A stretch of DNA of 64,000 nucleotides from Bacteroidales bacterium (GCA_028709785.1 JAQUTK010000010.1:29467-93466); one strand, 5' to 3'. Positions 19,281-27,150 are shown, counted from the stretch's first letter. The notes: generated by a model from the letters alone, not told the origin. Numbers and translations are program-made.

Positions 19281-19985
19281 ATGACAGAGAATATAAAGAA
19301 AATTAATAATCCTTTGACAATAATTGCAATATTTGCAGCTCTTGCAGAAATAAATGCAACTGTTTCTTTAGGTTTAATACCAGAAAATCTTCAAGCCATC
19401 TTTATTTGGTTTATTCTAGCATTTCCCACCTTACTTGTCATTTGCTTTTTCTTAACACTTAACTTTAACCCACGAGTAATGTATGCTCCAAGTGATTATA
19501 AAGACGAAAAGAACTTCTTGGATACGATTTCAGGGCGATTTAAAGAAATGCAATTCAATGTAACAAAGGACAATATAATTGAAATTGAGCAGAAATTACA
19601 GGCTGAAAGCATTGACATTTTGGATCGTTATGAGTCAAGCGACATTTCAATTAAGATGTTGAATTATGGAAATAGTTTCTTTTCTGAATTGATTTCCTTG
19701 TTTAAAAATAAACTTGAAGAACATGTATTTGACTCTTTTGGATTTGGAATTCAATCCGAAGATTTGTTTTTATTGTCGATAGTTTTAAATAAACATAGAT
19801 TCCCAAAAAATTTTGCGACTGATCACAATTACATATTGCGATTCACTGAAAAACAAGGTAAAGTTATTGGAGAAATTGCAGGGAAAAATATCAAGAGCGA
19901 CAGTTATAAAACTCTTTCAAAGCAAACCTTTGAATTAATTGAAAAAATGATAAGTCAGAGCATAGTCAAGAAAACCGCCTTATAA
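19281..19985 (+). CDS. hypothetical membrane protein (two N-terminal TM helices plus ~160-aa soluble domain), cassette A cargo
   Basis: Hydrophobic segments LTIIAIFAALAEINATVSLGLI and AIFIWFILAFPTLLVICFFLTL. I recognise no family motif. The stop codon lies inside the next attC-like site. Confidence 0.6.
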   Translation: MTENIKKINNPLTIIAIFAALAEINATVSLGLIPENLQAIFIWFILAFPTLLVICFFLTLNFNPRVMYAPSDYKDEKNFLDTISGRFKEMQFNVTKDNIIEIEQKLQAESIDILDRYESSDISIKMLNYGNSFFSELISLFKNKLEEHVFDSFGFGIQSEDLFLLSIVLNKHRFPKNFATDHNYILRFTEKQGKVIGEIAGKNIKSDSYKTLSKQTFELIEKMISQSIVKKTAL

Positions 19986-20109
19986 CATTAGCTACCCGCA
20001 AGGTCGGCGGCAGTTGGTATTCGGTGGGCATCTTTCCGCTCAAACTGTTTTTCGGCTTGACAGAAAATCTCCCGCAATCCGCCCCTGCGTGTAGCTTCCT
20101 GCGTTACAT
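19980..20109 (+). repeat. attC-like recombination site 2 (130 bp)
   Basis: Starts with TTATAAC (contains the TAA stop of the upstream ORF) and ends with GTTACAT. Arms TAGCTACCCGCAAGGTCGGCGG and CCGCCCCTGCGTGTAGCT pair imperfectly. Confidence 0.6.
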
Positions 20110-20176
20110 GGCATTTAAAGGACAATACCCATAAACTCAACTAATAGTGTTATTATTAATATTAAAATTTTCAGTG

Positions 20177-20752
20177 ATGAGTATTCATCCAACAATTATA
20201 GCTGCTATTATAACAACATCAGGAGCCATTATAACTGCTATAATTACTAAAAAAGAGTGGATTCTATTTTTTGAAAAACCGAAAATTAAATTAGATGGAA
20301 AATGGAAAGGCATATCAATTTATGTTCCTTTAGAAAACGATAACGATTTAGAATGTGTTTATAAAATAAACGCTGATATTGAACAAAAAGGGCGAAGGAT
20401 TAAATTAACTGAGAATATATATGAAATACTTGACTTTAACAACAATGTTCTACGTAAAGAACCGAGGACATTTGTAGGTAAAGGAAAAATAATGAGAGAA
20501 CAAGATATAACTATTGATTTTAATGAAAAGAGAGGCTTGACTTGTGGTGTTATGTATTTGGTATCTGATTATTGGGGTAATGAATTAAAAGGTCTAATGG
20601 CCGTTACTAATCCTTACTGTGGAAAACCTGTCGTTGTTAAGATTCTTTTGAGAAGGGTAGATAAAGAAGATATTAAAGTTGATGATTTAGGATTTAATTA
20701 TCTTAGGCCCATATATACACATTACTTTGACATTAATTCAAATAAAGAATGA
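20177..20752 (+). CDS. hypothetical single-pass membrane-anchored protein, cassette B gene 1
   Basis: N-terminal TM IHPTIIAAIITTSGAIITAIIT is followed by a ~160-aa domain with no motif I recognise. ATG 20177 is preferred over GTG 20147. The stop overlaps the next gene start (ATGA). Confidence 0.55.
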   Translation: MSIHPTIIAAIITTSGAIITAIITKKEWILFFEKPKIKLDGKWKGISIYVPLENDNDLECVYKINADIEQKGRRIKLTENIYEILDFNNNVLRKEPRTFVGKGKIMREQDITIDFNEKRGLTCGVMYLVSDYWGNELKGLMAVTNPYCGKPVVVKILLRRVDKEDIKVDDLGFNYLRPIYTHYFDINSNKE

Positions 20753-21324
20753 GTAATATATTGAAAATAAGAATTTCTGATAAAATACTTCTAAAGCAAA
20801 TTGAGTATATAGATGCCGAGATTATTTTTAAAACAATAAATAGTCAGAGAGAAAGCCTTCGAAAATGGTTGACATTTATAGATACAACAAAAAAAATTGC
20901 AGATACTCAAAAATATATTAAAAGTGTAATTGATGTTCCTGACGAAAATCGTGAGTATATTTTTGTAATATTTTATGATAGTGTTTTTGCTGGTTTAATC
21001 GGTTTTGAAGGAACAAATAAGTACAACAAAAAAACAGAAATTGGTTATTGGCTTTCTGAAGATTATAGAAAAAAAGGGATTGTTACTGAATCTGTCAAGG
21101 GATTAATGAGATTTGCATATAAAGACTTAGAGATTAATAGAATTCAAATTAAATGTGCTGTTGGAAATATTCAGAGTAGTAATATTCCTAAACAACTAGG
21201 TTATAAATTCGAAGGAATTGAACGAGCAGGAGAATTACTTTCAGATGGAACTTTTACTAATGTTGAAGTTTATAGTTTACTAAAGTATGAATTTGATGAT
21301 TTAACAAACAAAAATGCCATGTAA
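20749..21324 (+). CDS. GNAT family N-acetyltransferase (RimJ/RimL-like), cassette B gene 2
   Basis: The EIGYWLSEDYRKKGIVTESVKGLMRFAY acetyl-CoA binding region (R/Q-x-x-G-x-G/A-like RKKG) and overall length match the Acetyltransf_3 type. Confidence 0.8.
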   Translation: MSNILKIRISDKILLKQIEYIDAEIIFKTINSQRESLRKWLTFIDTTKKIADTQKYIKSVIDVPDENREYIFVIFYDSVFAGLIGFEGTNKYNKKTEIGYWLSEDYRKKGIVTESVKGLMRFAYKDLEINRIQIKCAVGNIQSSNIPKQLGYKFEGIERAGELLSDGTFTNVEVYSLLKYEFDDLTNKNAM

Positions 21325-21447
21325 CACGCGGTATATAAAATTGCCGGTTCAGTAGGTTATTTATGAGTTGTAGCTCGCTTCAACTTTTGTGTAACAAGAT
21401 AGGAAATCGCCTGCAATCGGCAACTTTTCATACCGCCGCTGTTGTAC
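21319..21447 (+). repeat. attC-like recombination site 3 (129 bp)
   Basis: Starts with ATGTAAC (contains the GNAT TAA stop) and ends with GTTGTAC. Arms GCGGTATATAAAATTGCCGGTT and AATCGGCAACTTTTCATACCGC pair imperfectly. Confidence 0.6.
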
Positions 21448-21482
21448 GCCATAATAAAAAGCCGAAAACGACCACTTTGATT

Positions 21483-21740
21483 ATGAAGATTAGATTTGCA
21501 AATGGATTGATTGATAAGCTAGAATATAGCAATCATGACGATTATGAGACATATCCGAATTCGGTTTTCATCTGTGATAAATGTGGCGATAAAATTGGAT
21601 TTGCGTATAAGGATTTAGAAAAACATAGATTCTCAAAGAATTCAAATCTAAATGGTAATGATAAAATTATTGCTGATAAATTGATTCTTTCGATGATCCC
21701 AAAGTACAAGATTGAAAAAAAATACAGATTTCGGCATTGA
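21483..21740 (+). CDS. small hypothetical protein with a CxxC knuckle, cassette C (possibly the 5' half of a split gene)
   Basis: ATG 21483 lies just after attC-like site 3. Contains FICDKCGDK. Ends 18 nt after an A8 run (21715-21722). Confidence 0.45.
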   Translation: MKIRFANGLIDKLEYSNHDDYETYPNSVFICDKCGDKIGFAYKDLEKHRFSKNSNLNGNDKIIADKLILSMIPKYKIEKKYRFRH

Positions 21741-21964
21741 CTAATCGAGACAGATTAATCGTAAGGATTCAAAGACTTTATCTAAGAATGATTGGTGTAA
21801 AAGGATTTTTTTTACCAATACCAAAGATTAATGAAAATATTCCAGATTCATATATTGATTATTACTGCCCCAAATGCCAAACACCTATAAGGATTTATTA
21901 TAGTAGTTTTATGGGTGGTAGTCATTGTGAAATAGGTTTTGAAATTAAGTATGTAATGAATTGA
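21737..21964 (+). CDS. small hypothetical protein with a CxxC knuckle, cassette C (possibly the 3' half of a split gene)
   Basis: Only a TTG start is available (TTGA overlap). Contains YYCPKCQTP. This frame would be joined to the upstream ORF by a single extra A in the A8 run. Confidence 0.35.
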   Translation: MTNRDRLIVRIQRLYLRMIGVKGFFLPIPKINENIPDSYIDYYCPKCQTPIRIYYSSFMGGSHCEIGFEIKYVMN

Positions 21965-21967
21965 AAT

Positions 21968-22201
21968 CACTAGTGTCCACTAAATGCTAAAATATTATCC
22001 TATAACCAATTGGATTTATGCAATTTACAAGCGAATTTTTGTGTCCACGATTTGAATTCCCAGATTTACTCCATAAGAAAGAATTGAACCAATCTATATT
22101 GGTAAGTTGGGCTATACCCTATCAAGAGCCTACTCTCGCAAGTGTCTGAGATTGAAGATGAATTTTAATTATGTCTTAATTTCTTTTAGTGGACACTAGT
22201 G
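21968..22201. mobile_element. 234-bp MITE with 17-bp perfect terminal inverted repeats and a 9-bp target-site duplication
   Basis: CACTAGTGTCCACTAAA (21968-21984) and TTTAGTGGACACTAGTG (22185-22201) are exact reverse complements. They are flanked by direct AATTGAAAT at 21959-21967 and 22202-22210. There is no ORF inside, and an internal third GTGTCCAC copy lies near 22041. Confidence 0.8.
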
Positions 22202-22226
22202 AATTGAAATAATAAAAAATTACGGC

Positions 22227-22356
22227 GCACAACACAGTATATACTCCATAGGGGTTTCAGAGGTATGCCAAGTGCATCGCTCGCTGGAAAGGTTTTTACC
22301 AGCGGATAGTGAAGCGTCCACGAAATCCCCTACGTAGCATATACTCAACGTCTATT
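22227..22356 (+). repeat. attC-like recombination site 4 (130 bp)
   Basis: Starts with GCACAAC and ends with GTCTATT. Arms AGTATATACTCCATAGGGGTTT and AAATCCCCTACGTAGCATATACT pair imperfectly with one extra base. Confidence 0.55.
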
Positions 22357-22388
22357 AATGGCAAAGAGAAAAAAAATCACATAATCGC

Positions 22389-22697
22389 ATTTATTACGAT
22401 AATATTTCAAATCTATCTATGGTTGTAAATATCAGCTTAAGCAGGAAAAACTCGCTGTTTTGTGGCAGCCATGCTGGAGCAAAGAGATCGGCATTGATCT
22501 ATTCACTGGCGTGTTCCTGCAGGCTGCACGGAATAAACACCTTCGAATACTTCACAGACGTACTCAATCGGATGACCTCTATCAGCTCGAACGCTTCAGA
22601 CGATAGATATCGGGAGCTTCTTCCAAATTACTGGAAATAGCAAGCGTAAGAAAACGGGCTTTTGAATATTCCTATACGGTATCGTGGAGACGCTTAC
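22389..22697 (+). mobile_element. truncated IS66-family element: 3' end of the transposase gene plus right terminal repeat
   Basis: ISLSRKNSLFCGSHAGAKRSALIYSLACSCRLHGINTFEYFTDVLNRM matches the conserved IS66 TnpC C-terminus. The sequence ends ...GAGACGCTTAC at 22697 (complement of the GTAAGCG IS66 terminus). The rest of the IS is missing. Confidence 0.7.
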
Positions 22698-22779
22698 GCT
22701 TAATCTTTCAAAATTGACACATTCCGTATTCATCAAATGTAATGATCAATTCCATGAAAAATAATTTTACCAAGGCATA

Positions 22780-23787
22780 ATGAAAAAGTATTCAATCATC
22801 GTTTTATCAGTAGCTGTAATAGCAGCGCTTTGCTTACTGCTTTACAAAACCTGCAACCGTGCAGAAGGTAACAAACCGGCAGGTTTGACAAAAGTCCGTG
22901 TTCAACTTCAATGGTTTGACGGTACACAATTCATAGGACTTTATATTGCACAAAATAAAAAGTTTTTTGAAGAGGAAGGACTTGATGTCGAACTACTTTC
23001 CGGATCATATTCAATGGACCCTTTTCAAATCGTTAGTGATGGGAGAGCAGATATTGGAATGACAACAGGTGATCGTTTATTAATGCAGTTTGCTGAAAAA
23101 GGAGGTTTAAAAGTACTCGGAACGGTGTTCAATCAAAGCACGGCTTGCTTTATGGCTATGAAAGGAAAAATAGAAACAGTCAATGATTTTAAAGGGAAAA
23201 AAATTGGTGTTTACTCAAACTGTGATACCGATAATATCCTGAGGGCATTACTTCAACTGCATAACATTGACACGAGTGATGTGAATTTTGTTCAGGCTGA
23301 AGACATTGCTGCATTTCGAACCGGCGAAATTGATTTGTTCCCCTCTTATGTTTTCAACGAACCAATAAGAATGGAGCTTGAAGGTATCCAAACGAAGTTA
23401 TTCTTTCCGAAAGATTATGGAGTTACTTTTTATTCTGATATCTATTTTTCAACAGATAAATATTATAAGGATAATAGGGATGTAATCAAACGGTTTTTAA
23501 GAGCATCGGCAAAAGGTTGGGATTATGCAAAGAACAATCAAAAAGAATCGATCAAGACAATGTTTTCTATGTTTAAGAATATGACATTTGACGAGAATCA
23601 TGTCAAGGAGGAAAAGTCTTTGGAGGTAATCTCAACCTATTTGGGTGATGGCAGCGAACATAAAATCAATTATATGCAGCGTGAAAAGTGGCTGGAGATG
23701 GAAGATCTGTTAGTGAAGATTGGGAAGATTAAACAATCTGGTCATGTGGATCAGTTATGCGACTTTAAAATCATTGATGAGCAGTAG
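22780..23787 (+). CDS. NMT1/THI5-like (NitT/TauT-type) substrate-binding protein with an N-terminal membrane anchor
   Basis: VQLQWFDGTQFIGLYIAQNKKFFEEEGLDVELLSG and KIGVYSNCDTDN are typical of the family. No partner permease or ATPase is nearby. Confidence 0.6.
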   Translation: MKKYSIIVLSVAVIAALCLLLYKTCNRAEGNKPAGLTKVRVQLQWFDGTQFIGLYIAQNKKFFEEEGLDVELLSGSYSMDPFQIVSDGRADIGMTTGDRLLMQFAEKGGLKVLGTVFNQSTACFMAMKGKIETVNDFKGKKIGVYSNCDTDNILRALLQLHNIDTSDVNFVQAEDIAAFRTGEIDLFPSYVFNEPIRMELEGIQTKLFFPKDYGVTFYSDIYFSTDKYYKDNRDVIKRFLRASAKGWDYAKNNQKESIKTMFSMFKNMTFDENHVKEEKSLEVISTYLGDGSEHKINYMQREKWLEMEDLLVKIGKIKQSGHVDQLCDFKIIDEQ

Positions 23788-23906
23788 AAAACACTTCTCC
23801 TTCACTCATTTGTCGCATACCATTTGAATCGGCTTTGATTGGGTGAAGGATGTTCTTGCTCAGAGGAGTGTTTCGGTATGTATTTCCTGGTAAATAGTTG
23901 TTTCCA

Positions 23907-23941
23907 GAACAGATAATTTATTGAATTAGTATTATCTGTTC
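23907..23941. promoter_or_regulatory. candidate AbiEi operator: 11-bp perfect inverted repeat
   Basis: GAACAGATAAT (23907-23917) and ATTATCTGTTC (23931-23941) are separated by 13 nt, immediately upstream of a TATATTTG box (23952-23959) and the abiEi start. Confidence 0.4.
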
Positions 23942-23951
23942 ATATTTTTAC

Positions 23952-23959
23952 TATATTTG
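23952..23959 (+). promoter_or_regulatory. candidate -7 promoter box (TAnnTTTG) of the AbiE operon
   Basis: TATATTTG lies 25 nt upstream of ATG 23984. Confidence 0.4.
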
Positions 23960-23983
23960 CCGACGAATGAACGTAGATTGGAT

Positions 23984-24607
23984 ATGATGACATTATCTGA
24001 AATAGGGAATATACCTGTTGATTTTGCAGTCTTGAAATCGATATTTCCGGATCATAAATCTGTACACAATAAAATCAGTGAGTTGGAAAAGTCTGGAACA
24101 CTTATCAGGCTTAAGAAAGGCATGTACGTACTATCTCCCAAAGAAAGTGGAAAATTAATATCTGTGGAGCTTGTTGCCAATCACCTATACGGACCGTCTT
24201 ACGTTTCGAAGGAGTCGGCTTTACGTTATTACGGACTAATTCCGGAAAGTGTTTATTCTGTTCAATCAATGACTACAAAGCATTCAAGGGTTTTTGTTAA
24301 TTCACTTGGAAAATTTGAATATACACAATGTGAAAAGTCTTATTTTTCAGTTGGTATCAGACAGGAAATAATGGACAATACCTCGTTTCTTATTGCCTGT
24401 CCGGAGAAAGCCTTGTGCGATTTAATCATCCATACACCAAACCTGAATTTGCGTTTTCAGAAAGATATGCTTGCTTATCTGAAAGATGATCTTCGCTTCG
24501 ATATGGATGCTTTCTATCGGATGGATAGTTCTCTTTTTGAGCAATGTGCACAGATGGGAAAGAAAAGGACTGTTATTGAGAATATGATCAAAATCAAACA
24601 ACGATGA
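23984..24607 (+). CDS. type IV toxin-antitoxin system AbiEi-family antitoxin/transcriptional regulator
   Basis: N-terminal winged-helix-like region (KISELEKSGTLIRLKKGMYVL) followed by GPSYVSKESALRYYGLIPE. 4-bp overlap with the AbiEii gene. Confidence 0.75.
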   Translation: MMTLSEIGNIPVDFAVLKSIFPDHKSVHNKISELEKSGTLIRLKKGMYVLSPKESGKLISVELVANHLYGPSYVSKESALRYYGLIPESVYSVQSMTTKHSRVFVNSLGKFEYTQCEKSYFSVGIRQEIMDNTSFLIACPEKALCDLIIHTPNLNLRFQKDMLAYLKDDLRFDMDAFYRMDSSLFEQCAQMGKKRTVIENMIKIKQR

Positions 24608-25428
24608 ACAATATCTTCGAGCAGATGCTCTCGCACTATCAGATAGTTACTGAAAAAGATCGTCGTAATGCTATCTATGAAGTGATGCAACAAATCACAT
24701 TAGCTGGTCTATATCGTGGAGGCTTCTTTAATAAAGCTGCCTTCTATGGAGGCACTTGCTTAAGAATATTTCATCAACTGGAAAGGGCTTCAGAAGATAT
24801 GGATTTTTCGCTTTTAGCTCCTGATAAAGCATTTAAGTTAGATGAATACTTTCCGGCAATCATCGAAGAGTTTAACACCTTGGGGAGAGATGTTGTGATC
24901 ACCAAAAAGAATAAACAAAATTTCGGTAAGGTTGAGTCTGCTTTCTTGAAAGATGACACTGAAGTGTACGATGTCGCATTTCAAACGGAAAGAGGATTAA
25001 AAATAAAAATAGAGGTGGATACTCAACCTCCCTTAATGTTTCAGACCGAACAAAAATTGCTGTTACATCCTTTTTCTTTTATGACACGTTGCTTTACGCT
25101 TCCGGATTTGTATGCTGGAAAGATGCATGCTCTGATTTTCAGAAGTTGGAAGAATCGTGTGAAAGGTCGTGATTGGTATGACTTTGAATGGTATGTAAGA
25201 AAGGGTATTCAATTGGATTTCGTGCATCTTCAAGAGCGTATCCGAGAGTTTAATGGCATTGAAATGGATAAAGAAGAGTTTATCAGATTGCTAAAAGAAC
25301 GGCTAGCCTCTACTGATATTAAAATGGTAAAGCACGATGTTGAACCTTTTATTAAGAATCCGGCTAGCCTTGAAATATGGTCAAATGACTACTTTCTACA
25401 GTTGGCAGATAGGATAAAGTTGGAATAA
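24604..25428 (+). CDS. nucleotidyltransferase AbiEii/AbiGii-family toxin
   Basis: FYGGTCLRIFHQLERASEDMDFS (nucleotidyltransferase GG...D.D region) and GRDWYDFEWY. Paired with the upstream AbiEi. Confidence 0.8.
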   Translation: MNNIFEQMLSHYQIVTEKDRRNAIYEVMQQITLAGLYRGGFFNKAAFYGGTCLRIFHQLERASEDMDFSLLAPDKAFKLDEYFPAIIEEFNTLGRDVVITKKNKQNFGKVESAFLKDDTEVYDVAFQTERGLKIKIEVDTQPPLMFQTEQKLLLHPFSFMTRCFTLPDLYAGKMHALIFRSWKNRVKGRDWYDFEWYVRKGIQLDFVHLQERIREFNGIEMDKEEFIRLLKERLASTDIKMVKHDVEPFIKNPASLEIWSNDYFLQLADRIKLE

Positions 25429-25537
25429 TGCCTTTCATTGATCTTCACTTAACAATAGCTCTAGTAAATATTTACCGAACTATTGTTAGATAGTACTATT
25501 TGCGAATTAGTCATAACTGTCCATAAAAATAGAAACG

Positions 25538-26185
25538 ATGGAAGATGAAACAAAAATAGCCATATTACTGTTTGATAACTTTACGGCGCTTGATGTTGTG
25601 GGCCTGTATGAGGTTCTCTCAAAGATTCCCAATTCCAGAATCTACTTTGTGTCCGAGACTGTAAGAGCGTATAAAGATTCAAAAGGTCTGCAGATTATAG
25701 CGGATAGTTCTTTTGATTCTTTGCCAGCCGCGGATATTATCGTTTTACCCGGCGGTTTTGGAATAGATGCGATCTTGAATAATTCCAGAGTGATAAATTG
25801 GGTGAAGGGCGTTCATGCTCAGAGTAAATGGACTGTTTCAGTTTGTTCAGGAGCTTTGTTACTTGGTGCGGCCGGATTACTGAAAGATTGCACGGCTACT
25901 ACACATTGGAATCGAAAGGAGCAACTTGCTCAATATTGTTCCAATATTACGGATGACCGCTATGTTGTTGACGGCAAAATTATCACTTCGGCCGGAGTCT
26001 CTGCCGGGATAGATATGGCATTGTATTTACTGTCTCTTGTGACAAATGAAACTTATGCCAAGGTTGTTCAGTTGGGGATGGAGTATGATCCGCAACCTCC
26101 GTTTAATACTGGTTCTCCCCGAACTGCTCCGAAGGAACTGGTCGATTTGATCAAGAATCAGAGAAAAATCAACGCTGCCACATAG
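25538..26185 (+). CDS. DJ-1/PfpI family protein
   Basis: ILLFDNFTALDVVGLYEVL, IVLPGGFG and the nucleophile elbow SVCSGALLLGAAGLL. Confidence 0.8.
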   Translation: MEDETKIAILLFDNFTALDVVGLYEVLSKIPNSRIYFVSETVRAYKDSKGLQIIADSSFDSLPAADIIVLPGGFGIDAILNNSRVINWVKGVHAQSKWTVSVCSGALLLGAAGLLKDCTATTHWNRKEQLAQYCSNITDDRYVVDGKIITSAGVSAGIDMALYLLSLVTNETYAKVVQLGMEYDPQPPFNTGSPRTAPKELVDLIKNQRKINAAT

Positions 26186-26234
26186 TAAACTCGCAAACTT
26201 CACGTTCTATGTTCAGTAATTTAAGAAAAGAGAT

Positions 26235-27086
26235 ATGAAAAAAGGTGAGAATGCTTGTAATGATGAAGCGCAAAAAAAAGGACAAGGAAGTTATGTTCAT
26301 GGATATTCAGTGAGAGAAGCACTGAGGTTGAAGGATCAGGCCGCAACGCTGGATGATATTATTCATAATGATTCTCTTTTTCCCAAAGGAGGTTTAGTTC
26401 TTGAAGCGGGTTGCGGAGTTGGTGCGCAAACTAAAATAATTGCAACAAAAAACCCAGACTCAAATTTTGTTTCGGTTGATTTATCGGAGGATTCAATAGA
26501 GAAAGCGAAGGAAATGGTGGGTTCTTTAGGCATTGGTAATGTTGAATTGATGCGAGCCGATATTTATGAATTGCCTTTTAAAGACGAAACTTTTGATAGT
26601 GTGATAGTCTGTTTTGTATTAGAGCACCTGCATGATCCGATACAAGCACTCAAGGAATTGAAACGGGTATTGAAGAAAGGAGGGACTATGATGGCGATTG
26701 AGGGAGATCATGGTTCAACGTTTTTCTATCCTGACAGTGAGTTTGCTCATTCTGCAATCAACTGTCAGATACAGCTCCAACGACAGAGTGGTGGCAACTC
26801 AAACATTGGCAGAGAGCTTTATCCATTGTTTAAATCGGCTGAATTGACTGATATTTCAGTTTCACCAAGAGTCGTTTATGTAGATGCAAGCCGCCCACAA
26901 CTTGTGGATGGATTTATTAAGAACACTTTTACGGCAATGATTGAAGGAGTCGGAAATATCGCTGTTGATCAGGGGATTATTGATCGTCTTACTTTTGAAA
27001 AAGGAATTAAAGATTTATACCGTACCGCTGAACCTGACGGGGTTTTTAGCTATACCTTTTTTAAAGGGTTTGGTGTGAAACGATAG
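26235..27086 (+). CDS. class I SAM-dependent methyltransferase
   Basis: Motif [13 protein letters not shown], motif [15 protein letters not shown], motif [14 protein letters not shown]. Confidence 0.8.
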   Translation: MKKGENACNDEAQKKGQGSYVHGYSVREALRLKDQAATLDDIIHNDSLFPKGGLVLEAGCGVGAQTKIIATKNPDSNFVSVDLSEDSIEKAKEMVGSLGIGNVELMRADIYELPFKDETFDSVIVCFVLEHLHDPIQALKELKRVLKKGGTMMAIEGDHGSTFFYPDSEFAHSAINCQIQLQRQSGGNSNIGRELYPLFKSAELTDISVSPRVVYVDASRPQLVDGFIKNTFTAMIEGVGNIAVDQGIIDRLTFEKGIKDLYRTAEPDGVFSYTFFKGFGVKR

Positions 27087-27150
27087 TTTACGTCACAGCA
27101 ATACCTTCCAGGAAAACAGGAAGTCCATTTAATATCATAAAAAACGAATC

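Noticed and set aside
21363-21482. N-terminal 40-codon extension of the first cassette C ORF
   Set aside because: The extension is encoded by attC-like site 3 itself. ATG 21483, just downstream of the site, is the sensible start.
19129-22356. The four repeated ~130-bp elements considered as a CRISPR array
   Set aside because: The repeats are far too long and are only loosely similar to one another. They are internally palindromic and separated by 0.7-1.2 kb of coding sequence rather than short spacers.
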